Assembly: GCA_944324435.1 (NCBI GenBank)
Contig: CALUWH010000006.1
Span: 166-64,165 of the forward strand
Length of the DNA: 64,000 nt
DNA from: Candidatus Gastranaerophilales bacterium
Lineage (GTDB): Bacteria; Cyanobacteriota; Vampirovibrionia; Gastranaerophilales; Gastranaerophilaceae
Direction of reading: 5' to 3'
The notes under the pieces were generated by a model, which had not been told where the DNA came from, searched no databases, and saw nothing but the letters and a program-made list of their open reading frames with translations. The first letter of the stretch is position 1, and every line of letters begins with the position of its first letter. Below, piece by piece: positions 7,523 through 16,552 of this stretch. The position numbers and the translations under genes are program-made.

Positions 7523-8785
7523 ATGGCTATGAATCCGGAGAAGACATTAACTGTAAGATTAAATAAAAATTTTGTCGGATATCTCGAGCAGGATTTGCAG
7601 GGTAAATTTGTTTTCACGTATGACAAAGATAACAAAATTCCGCTCTCTTTGAGCCTTCCTTTAAGAGAAGAGCCTTATTTGGATAAAGAATGCAGAGGAT
7701 TTTTTGAGGGACTGCTTCCGGAAGGTGAACAAATAAGACTTTATATCGGAAAAAAATACGGCATTAATCCTAAAAATGAATTCAGCCTCTTGAAGGCTAT
7801 CGGGTATGATTGTGCAGGAGCGGTGTCTTTTAGTGATTATGAGGAAAATCCTAAAAATATAAAAAATGATTTTATAAAAATTGAAGGAAAAAAATTTACA
7901 GATAAAGCACTGGAAGACTATATCTCGGACTTGCCGTTAAAGCCGCTTTTGACAAACTCTGACGGTTTAAGACTTTCTCTTGCCGGAGCGCAGGATAAGA
8001 TGGCCGTTGTTTTGATTGATAATGTTGTATCACTGCCAGACAAAGATGTTCCGACAACCCATATTCTTAAACCGGAGATGAAAGATATTGAAAGTTCTGT
8101 AGAAAATGAATATATCTGTCTGAACGTTGCAAAAGAAATCGGATTGAATGTTTGTAATTGTGAAATCAGAACAACCGGAAATATTAAGTATCTTCTGCTT
8201 GAACGTTATGACCGTGAGCTTAAAGGAAATCAGGTAAAAAGGATACATCAGGAGGACTTCTGTCAGGCAAAAAATATCACAAGCACTTTCAAGTATGAAA
8301 GAGAGGGCGGAATAAACATAAAAGACTGTTATGAAATTATAAGACATACAAAAACGCCGGCGTTAAATATAATAGAACTTACAAATCGAATTATTTTTAA
8401 TTATCTCATAGGGAATGCAGATGCCCATGGCAAAAATTTTTCTCTTTTGTACACGGATACCGGCATTCAATTTGCGCCGGCTTATGATATTCTATGTACT
8501 GCAATATATCCGGATTTGACTTCCAATATGGCTATGAAAATCGGAGGACACTACGAGCCTGATAAAATATGTGAGCACAATTGGGAAAAAATGGCAGAAA
8601 GTGTCGGTATTAACTACACACAACTAAAAAAAATGATAATAGAACAAGCACGAATTCTTACTCCAACGATAGAAAACTTCATAGTAACAAATGAAATCGA
8701 TGCTCCGGTTGCAAATAATCTTATAAAATTTGTAAGAGATAATTGCAGAAGGGTGCTTAGGAGGTTTGGTTTATTTAGTGACTAA
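7523..8785 (+). CDS. hipA: HipA family serine/threonine kinase toxin (the track ORF starts at 7484; ATG 7523 is more likely)
   Basis: Motifs SLAGAQDKMAV, LLERYDR, HQEDFCQA, NADAHGKNFSLL and APAYDI. The ATG lies 2 nt after the hipB stop. Confidence 0.9.
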   Translation: MAMNPEKTLTVRLNKNFVGYLEQDLQGKFVFTYDKDNKIPLSLSLPLREEPYLDKECRGFFEGLLPEGEQIRLYIGKKYGINPKNEFSLLKAIGYDCAGAVSFSDYEENPKNIKNDFIKIEGKKFTDKALEDYISDLPLKPLLTNSDGLRLSLAGAQDKMAVVLIDNVVSLPDKDVPTTHILKPEMKDIESSVENEYICLNVAKEIGLNVCNCEIRTTGNIKYLLLERYDRELKGNQVKRIHQEDFCQAKNITSTFKYEREGGINIKDCYEIIRHTKTPALNIIELTNRIIFNYLIGNADAHGKNFSLLYTDTGIQFAPAYDILCTAIYPDLTSNMAMKIGGHYEPDKICEHNWEKMAESVGINYTQLKKMIIEQARILTPTIENFIVTNEIDAPVANNLIKFVRDNCRRVLRRFGLFSD

Positions 8786-9421
8786 AAATCCGTAGCGTGC
8801 ATTTTTAAATTCTAATGCTTTGCTTGAAACAATGCCCGGTGATTCGTACGGAATCCCGAGTTTATCAAGCAAAGCTTTTTGTATTTCAGCTTCCTCTTTA
8901 CCTTGATTAACAATAAGCATTTGTTTTTCCAGAATTTCATAGGCGTGCTTCATCAGCTTTTCCGGCATGAAGAATCTTTCAGGCAGCCCCCATCTTTTGA
9001 GCGGATATTTTGTCACAAAGGGTAAGAGCCAAATAATATAATCATATCGGGATTTTATATTCAACAAATCATCCGCGTAGTAACTAACTCCTTCAAGTCC
9101 GTTTATATAGAATTGAGCCGCCTCGTATCTTGAATAAAGGTTTGAGTAAAGTCTGTACGCATCAATTTCAACACCGTCAAGTTTTAGCGCTTTGCAGTGG
9201 TTTTTAAAAAATTTATACTCGCCTCTGACATAAGCCCAATTTTTTGAGCCAATATCAAGCACACTCAAAGAATCCTGAAAATCAACCTTGAAATTTTGGC
9301 TCAAAATATCATAAACATAATCAGCCTCGGGATTTTCTGCCTCGCCCCGGTAATTCTTTCTGGAAAATTTTGTATGTGAACGTATGAAAAAATCAAATCG
9401 GTTTTTTAAATCTTCAAACAT
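8771..9421 (-). CDS. Hypothetical protein, possible class I SAM-dependent methyltransferase fold
   Basis: VLDIGSKNW (motif I-like), LDGVEID and DYIIWLLPF. The match is weak. Confidence 0.35.
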   Translation of the reverse strand: MFEDLKNRFDFFIRSHTKFSRKNYRGEAENPEADYVYDILSQNFKVDFQDSLSVLDIGSKNWAYVRGEYKFFKNHCKALKLDGVEIDAYRLYSNLYSRYEAAQFYINGLEGVSYYADDLLNIKSRYDYIIWLLPFVTKYPLKRWGLPERFFMPEKLMKHAYEILEKQMLIVNQGKEEAEIQKALLDKLGIPYESPGIVSSKALEFKNARYGFLVTK

Positions 9422-9655
9422 AAGTATATATTAACCTATAAACTATAATTTTTCAGCTGATATATAAATTATTGCGGCCATCATTTTGTTATAATCAAAC
9501 TTTGTTACTCTCATTTGTGTAGAAACAGCAATATTTGATTTTCGGAAGCAGGGTTTGGAAATTAATGAGCAATTTTTTTATAGTAAATGACTTTATATAT
9601 ATAAGGTTAGATAAGGTTGTAAAAAATTTAAGGAGACGGCGAGTCTCCTTTTCTT

Positions 9656-10777
9656 TTACCCAAGTGTTCTAATGATATCCTCAGCAACTTCTTCTGCGGA
9701 AAACTTGTCAGACAGTTTAGTTCTGACCTCGCCAAGAGCTTGAATTATTTCTTCGCGATATTTTTTATTATAGAGTAGTTTTTCGGTCTCGTAACAAATA
9801 TTATCAACATTAAACTTCCATTGTATCAGCTCCGGTACAATATTTTTTCCGGTAATAATATTCGGCAGAGAAACTTTATTAATACATCTTACAAGTAAAT
9901 ATACAAGGTAGATAAACCACGGCCCTTTATACCCTATTATCATAGGGACTTGATACAGCGCGGCTTCCAGCGCAACAGTTCCCGAAGCAAGAATCAAAGA
10001 GTCGGAAACGCTGAGTAATGCTTGATTTTCACCTTTTATCACCTTAAAATCCGTATTTTTGATGTATTTATCAAAAACATTATCGCTCAAATTCGGAGCG
10101 TGCGAGATACAGAATTGGAGTTCAGGATGGAGTGTTTGTAATTTTTTTGCTGCTTTAATAAACGTATCGGCCAAAAAATGCAGCTCCAGGGGTCTTGAAC
10201 CCGGAAAAACCGATACAAGGGGCTTTTGGATATCCAATCCGTATTTATCAAAGAACGTTTTTTTATCGGCTTTATCCGGAAGCTGTTTTATAAGCGGATG
10301 GCCGCAATAGTGAACATCAATTCCGTGTTCTTTGTACATTTCCGTTTCAAACGGGAATATGCAAAGGACTTTATCAACGTATTTTTTTATTCCCCGAATT
10401 CGCCATTTTCTGCTTGCCCAAACTTGCGGCGGAATATAATGGAAAACCTTAATTCCTTTTCCATTAAGGCGTTTGGCTATTCTCAGATTAAACGTTCCGT
10501 AATCAATCAGTAGAACCAAATCGGGTTTATAATTGTTCAGAATATAATCTGCAACTTTTTTTTCCAGAGAAAGATGGTCGATTATCATTTTGAAATTCAA
10601 GCCGAAACCGGACATTTTTGAATGGTCGCAGAAAATTTTTACTCCGGCTTTCCTGAGGTTTTCTCCTCCAATACCTTCAAGTTCTATTTTAGGATTCCGT
10701 GATTTTAGAATTTCAGCGACTTTGCCTGCGTGAATATCTCCGGAATATTCGCCTGTTATAATAAAAACTTTTTTCAT
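9656..10777 (-). CDS. lpxB: Lipid-A-disaccharide synthase
   Basis: N-terminal KVFIITGEYSGDIHAGKVAEILK and an LpxB-like length and layout. Confidence 0.85.
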   Translation of the reverse strand: MKKVFIITGEYSGDIHAGKVAEILKSRNPKIELEGIGGENLRKAGVKIFCDHSKMSGFGLNFKMIIDHLSLEKKVADYILNNYKPDLVLLIDYGTFNLRIAKRLNGKGIKVFHYIPPQVWASRKWRIRGIKKYVDKVLCIFPFETEMYKEHGIDVHYCGHPLIKQLPDKADKKTFFDKYGLDIQKPLVSVFPGSRPLELHFLADTFIKAAKKLQTLHPELQFCISHAPNLSDNVFDKYIKNTDFKVIKGENQALLSVSDSLILASGTVALEAALYQVPMIIGYKGPWFIYLVYLLVRCINKVSLPNIITGKNIVPELIQWKFNVDNICYETEKLLYNKKYREEIIQALGEVRTKLSDKFSAEEVAEDIIRTLG

Positions 10778-10781
10778 AAGC

Positions 10782-11597
10782 TTATACTGCCATCACAACG
10801 ATATTATGCTTGTTAGCATATTTAATAACTTCTTCTCTGTCAACAATAATTGTTTCACCGGCTTCGACCGCGATTAGATCTGCCCCGTATTTTTTCATTG
10901 TTTTTAGAGTCCTGAGTCCTATCGCCGGAATATCAAACCTCTTATCCTGAGATGGTTTTGAGACCTTAATAACTCTTGAGTTTTTCTTTGCAATTTTGCA
11001 TCCGCGTTTAATACAGTTATCGGTTCCTTCAATTGCTTCTACAGCCATAATCATTTTATCTTTAATAACAACAGATTGACCGACGTCCAGTTTGCCGGTT
11101 TCTTTTGCGAGCCAGTAGCCGTAATTTACATCGTCAATCTGTTCTTGTGTAGGCTGGACTGTGCCGAGAATACCGGAGGGTATCATCAGATTTTTTATAA
11201 ACAGTGTCTGGTCTAAAATGGTTATTCCAATCTTTTCAAGTTCCTCTATTATCATAAGCATAACTTTGTCATCGTTAAGCCTTATAGCTTTTTTTATAAA
11301 CTCCAGAGCTCTTGAATCAAATTTAGGGCGCTTGATAAGTATTGTTTTGCTGACTTTGCCGAGAAACGTAATTTGTTTAATCCCTTCCGCTTTAAGCGTA
11401 TCCTCGATTTTTTGGACTTCACCCGGACAGAAAGAATAGACTTTCGAGCAGTATTTTTTTAATTGAGAATAATTATCATTTGAAAGCGATATTGCAATTA
11501 CGTCAAATCCGTTGTCTTTTGCATATTGAGCCATCTTAACCGGCAAATGGCCGTCTCCTGCTATTAAACCTTGTTTCTGTTCCAGTGCTACCGACAA
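10782..11597 (-). CDS. lpxI: LpxI family (DUF1009) UDP-2,3-diacylglucosamine diphosphatase
   Basis: GLIAGDGHLP N-terminus and IAVEAGETIIVD C-terminal block. It sits directly upstream of lpxB. Confidence 0.7.
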   Translation of the reverse strand: MSVALEQKQGLIAGDGHLPVKMAQYAKDNGFDVIAISLSNDNYSQLKKYCSKVYSFCPGEVQKIEDTLKAEGIKQITFLGKVSKTILIKRPKFDSRALEFIKKAIRLNDDKVMLMIIEELEKIGITILDQTLFIKNLMIPSGILGTVQPTQEQIDDVNYGYWLAKETGKLDVGQSVVIKDKMIMAVEAIEGTDNCIKRGCKIAKKNSRVIKVSKPSQDKRFDIPAIGLRTLKTMKKYGADLIAVEAGETIIVDREEVIKYANKHNIVVMAV

Positions 11598-11792
11598 AAT
11601 ATATCCTCCTGTTTCTATGATTTATAATACTATAAACAAGGATTTTTTCTACAAAATATTAAGTTTGCGTAAAGAAATTAAGTTTGCCGAGAAACAAATG
11701 TAACAAATTGTTACATTAAAACAGTTGAAAAAGGCAATTTTTTCGTGCAGGCATACTTTTTATATATAGGAATAATAAAGAGGATAAAATTT

Positions 11793-13925
11793 ATGGGTAT
11801 GCCATTCTATTTTTCGAGTATAAATCATTCAATGTTGAGCCAGAATCCGTGCGATTCCATAAACTTATTTTGGAATCAGCAGATAGAGTCCAGCAAAGCA
11901 AAAGAATTAATGTATATGACACCGGCTTATGATTTTAGTATGGTATGGCGTTTCCCGGAAGTAGCAACCTGGGGCAATTCACTTTTAGACCCGACTCTTG
12001 CTATTCAACAGACTTTGCAGAATTTTCAGAATAGTAATTCCTGGAATAATATGTGGAGCTTTGATAATATCAAGTGGAATTTTACCCCTTGGACTAACAA
12101 GGATGGTAATGATAACGGTTCAAAGAAAACCGATGCGGAAAGACTTGCAGAAAAGAGAATGCAGCGCGAGTATAATGATTTAAAAACTCTTATAACTGCG
12201 TATAAGAATATTGCACAAGGAAATTCAACGCTTAATCCCGAATTGCTTGATGAGATTGAAGTTGCCTTAAATAAATCAGGGAAAATAGAAGAAAAATTAG
12301 ACGCATTAAAAGATGTTTATAATAAACTTAGTAAACCTGCTTTAAAAAAGACAATTGCTTCTATTTCAACAGATGATTTTGGCTTGAAGGAACGTCTTGA
12401 ACAAGCAGGATATAACTTTGGCGACAAGGATTACAGTTATAGAAATGCAAAAGATACGGATTTGAACTCTATGTTAGATAGAATTCACAGCGAGATTGCA
12501 AGTATATCCAGCAGCAATGCAAACGGAATGAAAGAGTTCAAGGGGTTGGTTGAACCTATGGTATCCGATTCTGATAATGAAATATTGCGAGTTATAAGCT
12601 ACTGGAACGACAAGTATGGCGTTACAGAGGACGAAGACGGCAACAAAACCAATGAAGAAAGAAGTATTATCCGTTTTATGATTAAACAGATGGATGGACT
12701 TGATGACAATGCAAAGAAAGATGTCATGAGCTCTGCCAATAAACTTGTTGATGCTCTTACTGCCCGGGCAAATCAGATAAAAGATAACGGACAGGCTTTT
12801 GATGAAACGACTATCTCAGCACTTGGAAATCAGATAACAAATGTTAACAAGGCCAAAGAGGCTGCGACGAAAGACCTGACTTCAACAGCATTAGAAAATC
12901 TGGCTCAAGAATTTGAGAAGCTCTACGTAATGCTCAGGAGAATGGAAGCTTTAGAAATTAATCAGAAAATCAACAATAAGTACGGATTTTTGAATAATAT
13001 TTCAACAACAGATGTAAATATTATCAATGAAGACATAATAGTAAAAGATACCGAAGCCGACTTGAAAAAAGAAGGTTTAGACGGTGTTGATACTTCAAGT
13101 GTACAGTTAGTTGATTATCAGCCGAGTACCGTAATCAACGACGGAAACGGAGAGAACGGCGGAAACGACGAAGAGAACGATATTGCATCTGTAAGCGAGT
13201 TGAAACAACTTGTCTCCGCAGGTACTCTGGAGCAGGCAAAGGATGCTCTAAATTCTGCCAATGAGGTTAAAAATTGTTATAAGGACAAGAACGGGACTTA
13301 TTATACAGTAAGAGAGGGCAAAATTATCAGGCTTGATGATGTTATTAAAGTCTACAGCAATGGCAGATGCAAAACAAAAGATAATAAAATGCATAATATA
13401 TCCGATATAAAAGGAACGGAAGTTACAACCTCCTTTTTTGCCGCATTGGAATCGGGAAAATACGCGCAAGAGGGCGAGGAAATCTGTGCTATATTGAAAA
13501 AACTACTCGGTCATACACCAAAAATTGCCGGTGAGGAGATTATCGATACTATAGAAAACAGATTAACATCCAAAAATATTTATTATGTCCTTAAAGGATG
13601 GCAAGAGATTAATGAACTTGGATGTGACGGGTACGGCGGATTATGCGATCAAATTGACAATGAAGGAGATTGGTCATTATTAGAAACCGCTTTCGTTAAT
13701 GACGAAATTAAAGCGTCAGTTATAGGTAAAATTTTGGATTGCGTCTTAGACTGGGCAAAAGAAAACGATTTAGATGAAACAGTTTACTACAAAGAGCTTA
13801 AAAAACTTAAAGATAATCCACCATCAGGCGTTGAGGCAAACGAAAATATCAGACGAAACGTTGAACAGGTAGATCAATACATTGCATATCTTTACAGTGC
13901 TTATGAAAAAAAATTGAATAAATAA
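11793..13925 (+). CDS. Large hypothetical protein (the track ORF starts at GTG 11745; ATG 11793 has the SD AGAGGA)
   Basis: Long ORF with ordinary coding composition and no recognisable domains. Confidence 0.6.
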   Translation: MGMPFYFSSINHSMLSQNPCDSINLFWNQQIESSKAKELMYMTPAYDFSMVWRFPEVATWGNSLLDPTLAIQQTLQNFQNSNSWNNMWSFDNIKWNFTPWTNKDGNDNGSKKTDAERLAEKRMQREYNDLKTLITAYKNIAQGNSTLNPELLDEIEVALNKSGKIEEKLDALKDVYNKLSKPALKKTIASISTDDFGLKERLEQAGYNFGDKDYSYRNAKDTDLNSMLDRIHSEIASISSSNANGMKEFKGLVEPMVSDSDNEILRVISYWNDKYGVTEDEDGNKTNEERSIIRFMIKQMDGLDDNAKKDVMSSANKLVDALTARANQIKDNGQAFDETTISALGNQITNVNKAKEAATKDLTSTALENLAQEFEKLYVMLRRMEALEINQKINNKYGFLNNISTTDVNIINEDIIVKDTEADLKKEGLDGVDTSSVQLVDYQPSTVINDGNGENGGNDEENDIASVSELKQLVSAGTLEQAKDALNSANEVKNCYKDKNGTYYTVREGKIIRLDDVIKVYSNGRCKTKDNKMHNISDIKGTEVTTSFFAALESGKYAQEGEEICAILKKLLGHTPKIAGEEIIDTIENRLTSKNIYYVLKGWQEINELGCDGYGGLCDQIDNEGDWSLLETAFVNDEIKASVIGKILDCVLDWAKENDLDETVYYKELKKLKDNPPSGVEANENIRRNVEQVDQYIAYLYSAYEKKLNK

Positions 13926-13950
13926 GATGTAAGATTGGTATTTTAAAGTC

Positions 13951-13980
13951 AAACCGGAGAAATCCGGTTTTTTATTTTTT
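13951..13980. terminator. Bidirectional rho-independent terminator
   Basis: aaaccgga-gaaa-tccggttt followed by tttatttttt. It lies between convergent genes. Confidence 0.75.
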
Positions 13981-14907
13981 CATATATTTTTGCAAAATCA
14001 ATTTTTTAAGCGCCTTTGCATTAACCGCTTGAGATTCAAGCTCAATAATTCTGTCCAGATTTTTGATTGCCTCCTCGTATTGGCCTAAGTCCTTTTGAAT
14101 GACTGCAATAGCATAATATGCGTCGATGAATTTTGGATCCAGAGCAACCGAGGCGACAAAATCGTCAAGTGCGGCCTTTTTGTCGGTTTTCATTAAAAGC
14201 TGCCCCCGATTATAATATGCATCAATCATGTTTTTATTATTATCTATAGACTTAGTATAATTTTCATACGCCTTATCAGAATTTCCGAGGTTGTGATAGG
14301 CAATACCGAGATATAAATAAGCAAGCGCAGACTTTTCATTAAATTTTAATACCTCATTAAGACTTCTTACACCTTCACAAAAATTTCCCTGGTTAATATC
14401 GGTGATTCCGAGGCTCAAGTAAAATTTTTCGCTAAAATCCTTGTCATCCTCCAGGCAGACATCCAAAAGCAAGCGTGCCTTATTGTCAATCGCCATTTGA
14501 AATTTAGGATTAAGAAGAATTGCCTTATTATAATCTTTAAGCGCACCTTCATAATCTTGTTTTTTATACTTTGTATAACCCCGATTATTATATGCAAGCG
14601 CACATCTGGAGTCAATTTCTATAGCCCTATTATAATCCTCTAAGGAACCATCATAATCTTGAAGTTCATTTTTTACAAGGCCTCGGTTAATATAGGCGTC
14701 CAAAAATTCCGGATTGAAATCCAGTGCCATTGTATAAAGTTCTTGCTTTTTCTCAAGATTTTCCGTAATAAGAGCCAGATAGAAATAATATTCATCCTTG
14801 CAGTCAAGGCGCTTCAAATCATTTTCTATATACCTTCTTGCAGACTCATAGTCATTTGCATTAAGACTGTTGACTATCTTTTTTATAACCTTGTTTTTAT
14901 TTTTCAT
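13972..14907 (-). CDS. TPR repeat protein
   Basis: Repeated A..Y.NRG......Y..A..DY..A....P motifs. Confidence 0.85.
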   Translation of the reverse strand: MKNKNKVIKKIVNSLNANDYESARRYIENDLKRLDCKDEYYFYLALITENLEKKQELYTMALDFNPEFLDAYINRGLVKNELQDYDGSLEDYNRAIEIDSRCALAYNNRGYTKYKKQDYEGALKDYNKAILLNPKFQMAIDNKARLLLDVCLEDDKDFSEKFYLSLGITDINQGNFCEGVRSLNEVLKFNEKSALAYLYLGIAYHNLGNSDKAYENYTKSIDNNKNMIDAYYNRGQLLMKTDKKAALDDFVASVALDPKFIDAYYAIAVIQKDLGQYEEAIKNLDRIIELESQAVNAKALKKLILQKYMKK

Positions 14908-14994
14908 AAATTTATTTTAGCACACAACTTCTGCTTTTATTATCCTGCTGAGCGGTTAAATTTTAGGCGAGAATTTTGTTCTCGCCTAAAGATT

Positions 14995-15747
14995 TTATTT
15001 TACGTAAAAATTAGCATTCACACTTGCGTTAATCTTTACCACTCCTTTTGATATAGATGTCGGAGCAGAACCGGCCGCCTCGTCCGTAACAGCGCTCATA
15101 AGATTTTTTGCCATATACATTCTTGGGGTCGCATAGTTATTAGCATTGCAGCTTACATTAAAACTTTTTATTCCGTCAACAGAAGTCGAAAGTGCTTTTG
15201 CAACGACACCTGCTCTTGTTTGGGCTTTCTTTGTTGCAATTTCAATTAAATCATTACATTGTGATTCATAATTTGATACGGAAAAAGTCAGATTATCTAC
15301 ATTTGTTGCACCGGCGGCAATCGCTTTGTCTATCATATCTCCGACCTTATCTATAGATTTTGTATGTACAATAACTCTGTTTGAAACCTCATACTTGTCA
15401 AGATTGCGTTTGCTGCCTGAATAACTGTAAATTGGCGAAGCGCTGTAGTCGGCTGTTTTAATATAATCTCCGTTTACTCCGGAAATCATTGACTTTAAAA
15501 CATTGTAAACTTTGTCCGAAGCCTCTTTGTTCATAAGCGTTGCCTTTTGCATAGATTTAGCATCAGATGTTTGTACCGCAAAAGAGATTTCTGCAACATC
15601 AGGAGCAATTTCAGTATTTGCGGTAGTGTTTACGGAAATAAATCCTCTTTCGGAAGCCGTTTCAGCTACAGACCCTGCTTGGGTTGAGAGAGAAGCGCAG
15701 CCTGCAAGTAAACTCAACATAGTAATTGCTATTAAAGTTTTTTTCAT
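14995..15747 (-). CDS. SIMPL/DUF541 family periplasmic lipoprotein
   Basis: Lipobox LLAGC signal peptide. The SIMPL-like pattern is ISVNTTANTEIAPDVAEISFAV... Confidence 0.65.
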   Translation of the reverse strand: MKKTLIAITMLSLLAGCASLSTQAGSVAETASERGFISVNTTANTEIAPDVAEISFAVQTSDAKSMQKATLMNKEASDKVYNVLKSMISGVNGDYIKTADYSASPIYSYSGSKRNLDKYEVSNRVIVHTKSIDKVGDMIDKAIAAGATNVDNLTFSVSNYESQCNDLIEIATKKAQTRAGVVAKALSTSVDGIKSFNVSCNANNYATPRMYMAKNLMSAVTDEAAGSAPTSISKGVVKINASVNANFYVK

Positions 15748-15803
15748 ATTTCCTCCTGTTAATTTCTCTTCTATTATACTATAAACATATCTTCATAGGT
15801 TAA

Positions 15804-15842
15804 AGTTCCGTAGGATGCGGTCAATCATAGATTGACCGCATC
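15804..15842 (+). repeat. M0 module: AGTTCCGTAGG plus a 9-bp-stem hairpin (gcggtcaat/attgaccgc)
   Basis: Related copies lie at 16064-16100 (+, degenerate), 16133-16168 (-) and 33984-34032 (+). Confidence 0.65.
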
Positions 15843-16132
15843 AAATCAGCTTTTTAAATTTTTTGCGAGCGTGCGGCGGAGCCGCGATAGCGAGCACAAG
15901 AGTGCAGGCTTGCCTGCAACAGCCATTTAATCCCACCCCCTTAGGGCGTAGAAAACATTTGCGGATTTTCTCTTTCTTTTCGTTCTTTTCTTTCTCTTTT
16001 TATTCGCAACAAAAGAGAAAGAAAAGGACATATTATGAGGTTAAATTAAATTATATGCCTCTTTCTTGTGTAGGCAAGACTTTAGATTTACCGCATCAAC
16101 AAAAATCGTAAACTATAACTATAATAGAAATG

Positions 16133-16552
16133 TTTCGGTAATCAGAGATTACCAAAACCTACGGAACTATCTTGGTGAAGAGTGAGGAGTGAGGGGAGCG
16201 TTTTTTATGTGACCAGGTGACTAAGTGATCAGGTGATCAAGTGACCAAGTGACCAAGTGACCAAGTGTTTTTTAGTGAATAGATTTTACTTTCTTCTCAA
16301 CTTATCAACTTATAAACTCCTAAACTATAAACTACTCTTCAACCCCTCAACTATTCAACTTATCAACCCTAAAACTTCTCCTCAACTCCTAGACTCTAAA
16401 ACTACCCTTCAACCCCTCAACTATTCAACTTATCAACCCTAAAACTTCTCCTCAACTCCTAGACTCTAAAACTACCCTTCAACCCCTCAACTATTCAACT
16501 TTTCAACTCCATAACTTCCCCACAACTCCTCAACCTCTCAACTTCTAAACTC
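16133..16552 (+). repeat. Composite short-tandem-repeat element, copy A (modules M0-M1-M2-M3-linker-M5)
   Basis: Contains [GTGAGGN], [GTGAYCAR]x7, GTGAATAG, then ~260 nt of [CTNNTCAA] units. A 70-bp higher-order unit is repeated 2.3 times (16341-16501). Confidence 0.9.

Noticed and set aside
16257-16442. 61-aa ORF in the track (MTKCFLVNRFYFLLNLSTYKLLNYKLL...).
   Set aside because: It lies entirely within the tandem-repeat element. Its peptide is low-complexity and periodic simply because the DNA is, and it has no SD. Equivalent copies in the other orientation have no corresponding ORF.
16137-16552. Possible CRISPR array, because of regularly spaced short repeats here and at 33687-34032, 40568-41055 and 46785-47026.
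   Set aside because: The units are 7-8 nt and directly abutting, with no unique spacers of ~30 nt. No cas genes are nearby, and several different unit types follow one another. This is tandem microsatellite-like organisation, not repeat-spacer architecture.
16293-16552. DnaA-box cluster or oriC, because M5 contains TTATCAAC-like words and M2 contains GATC clusters.
   Set aside because: TTATCAACC differs from the TTATNCACA consensus at two positions. No dnaA/dnaN or AT-rich unwinding element context is present. The same sequence occurs at five or more dispersed loci, which is incompatible with a unique origin.
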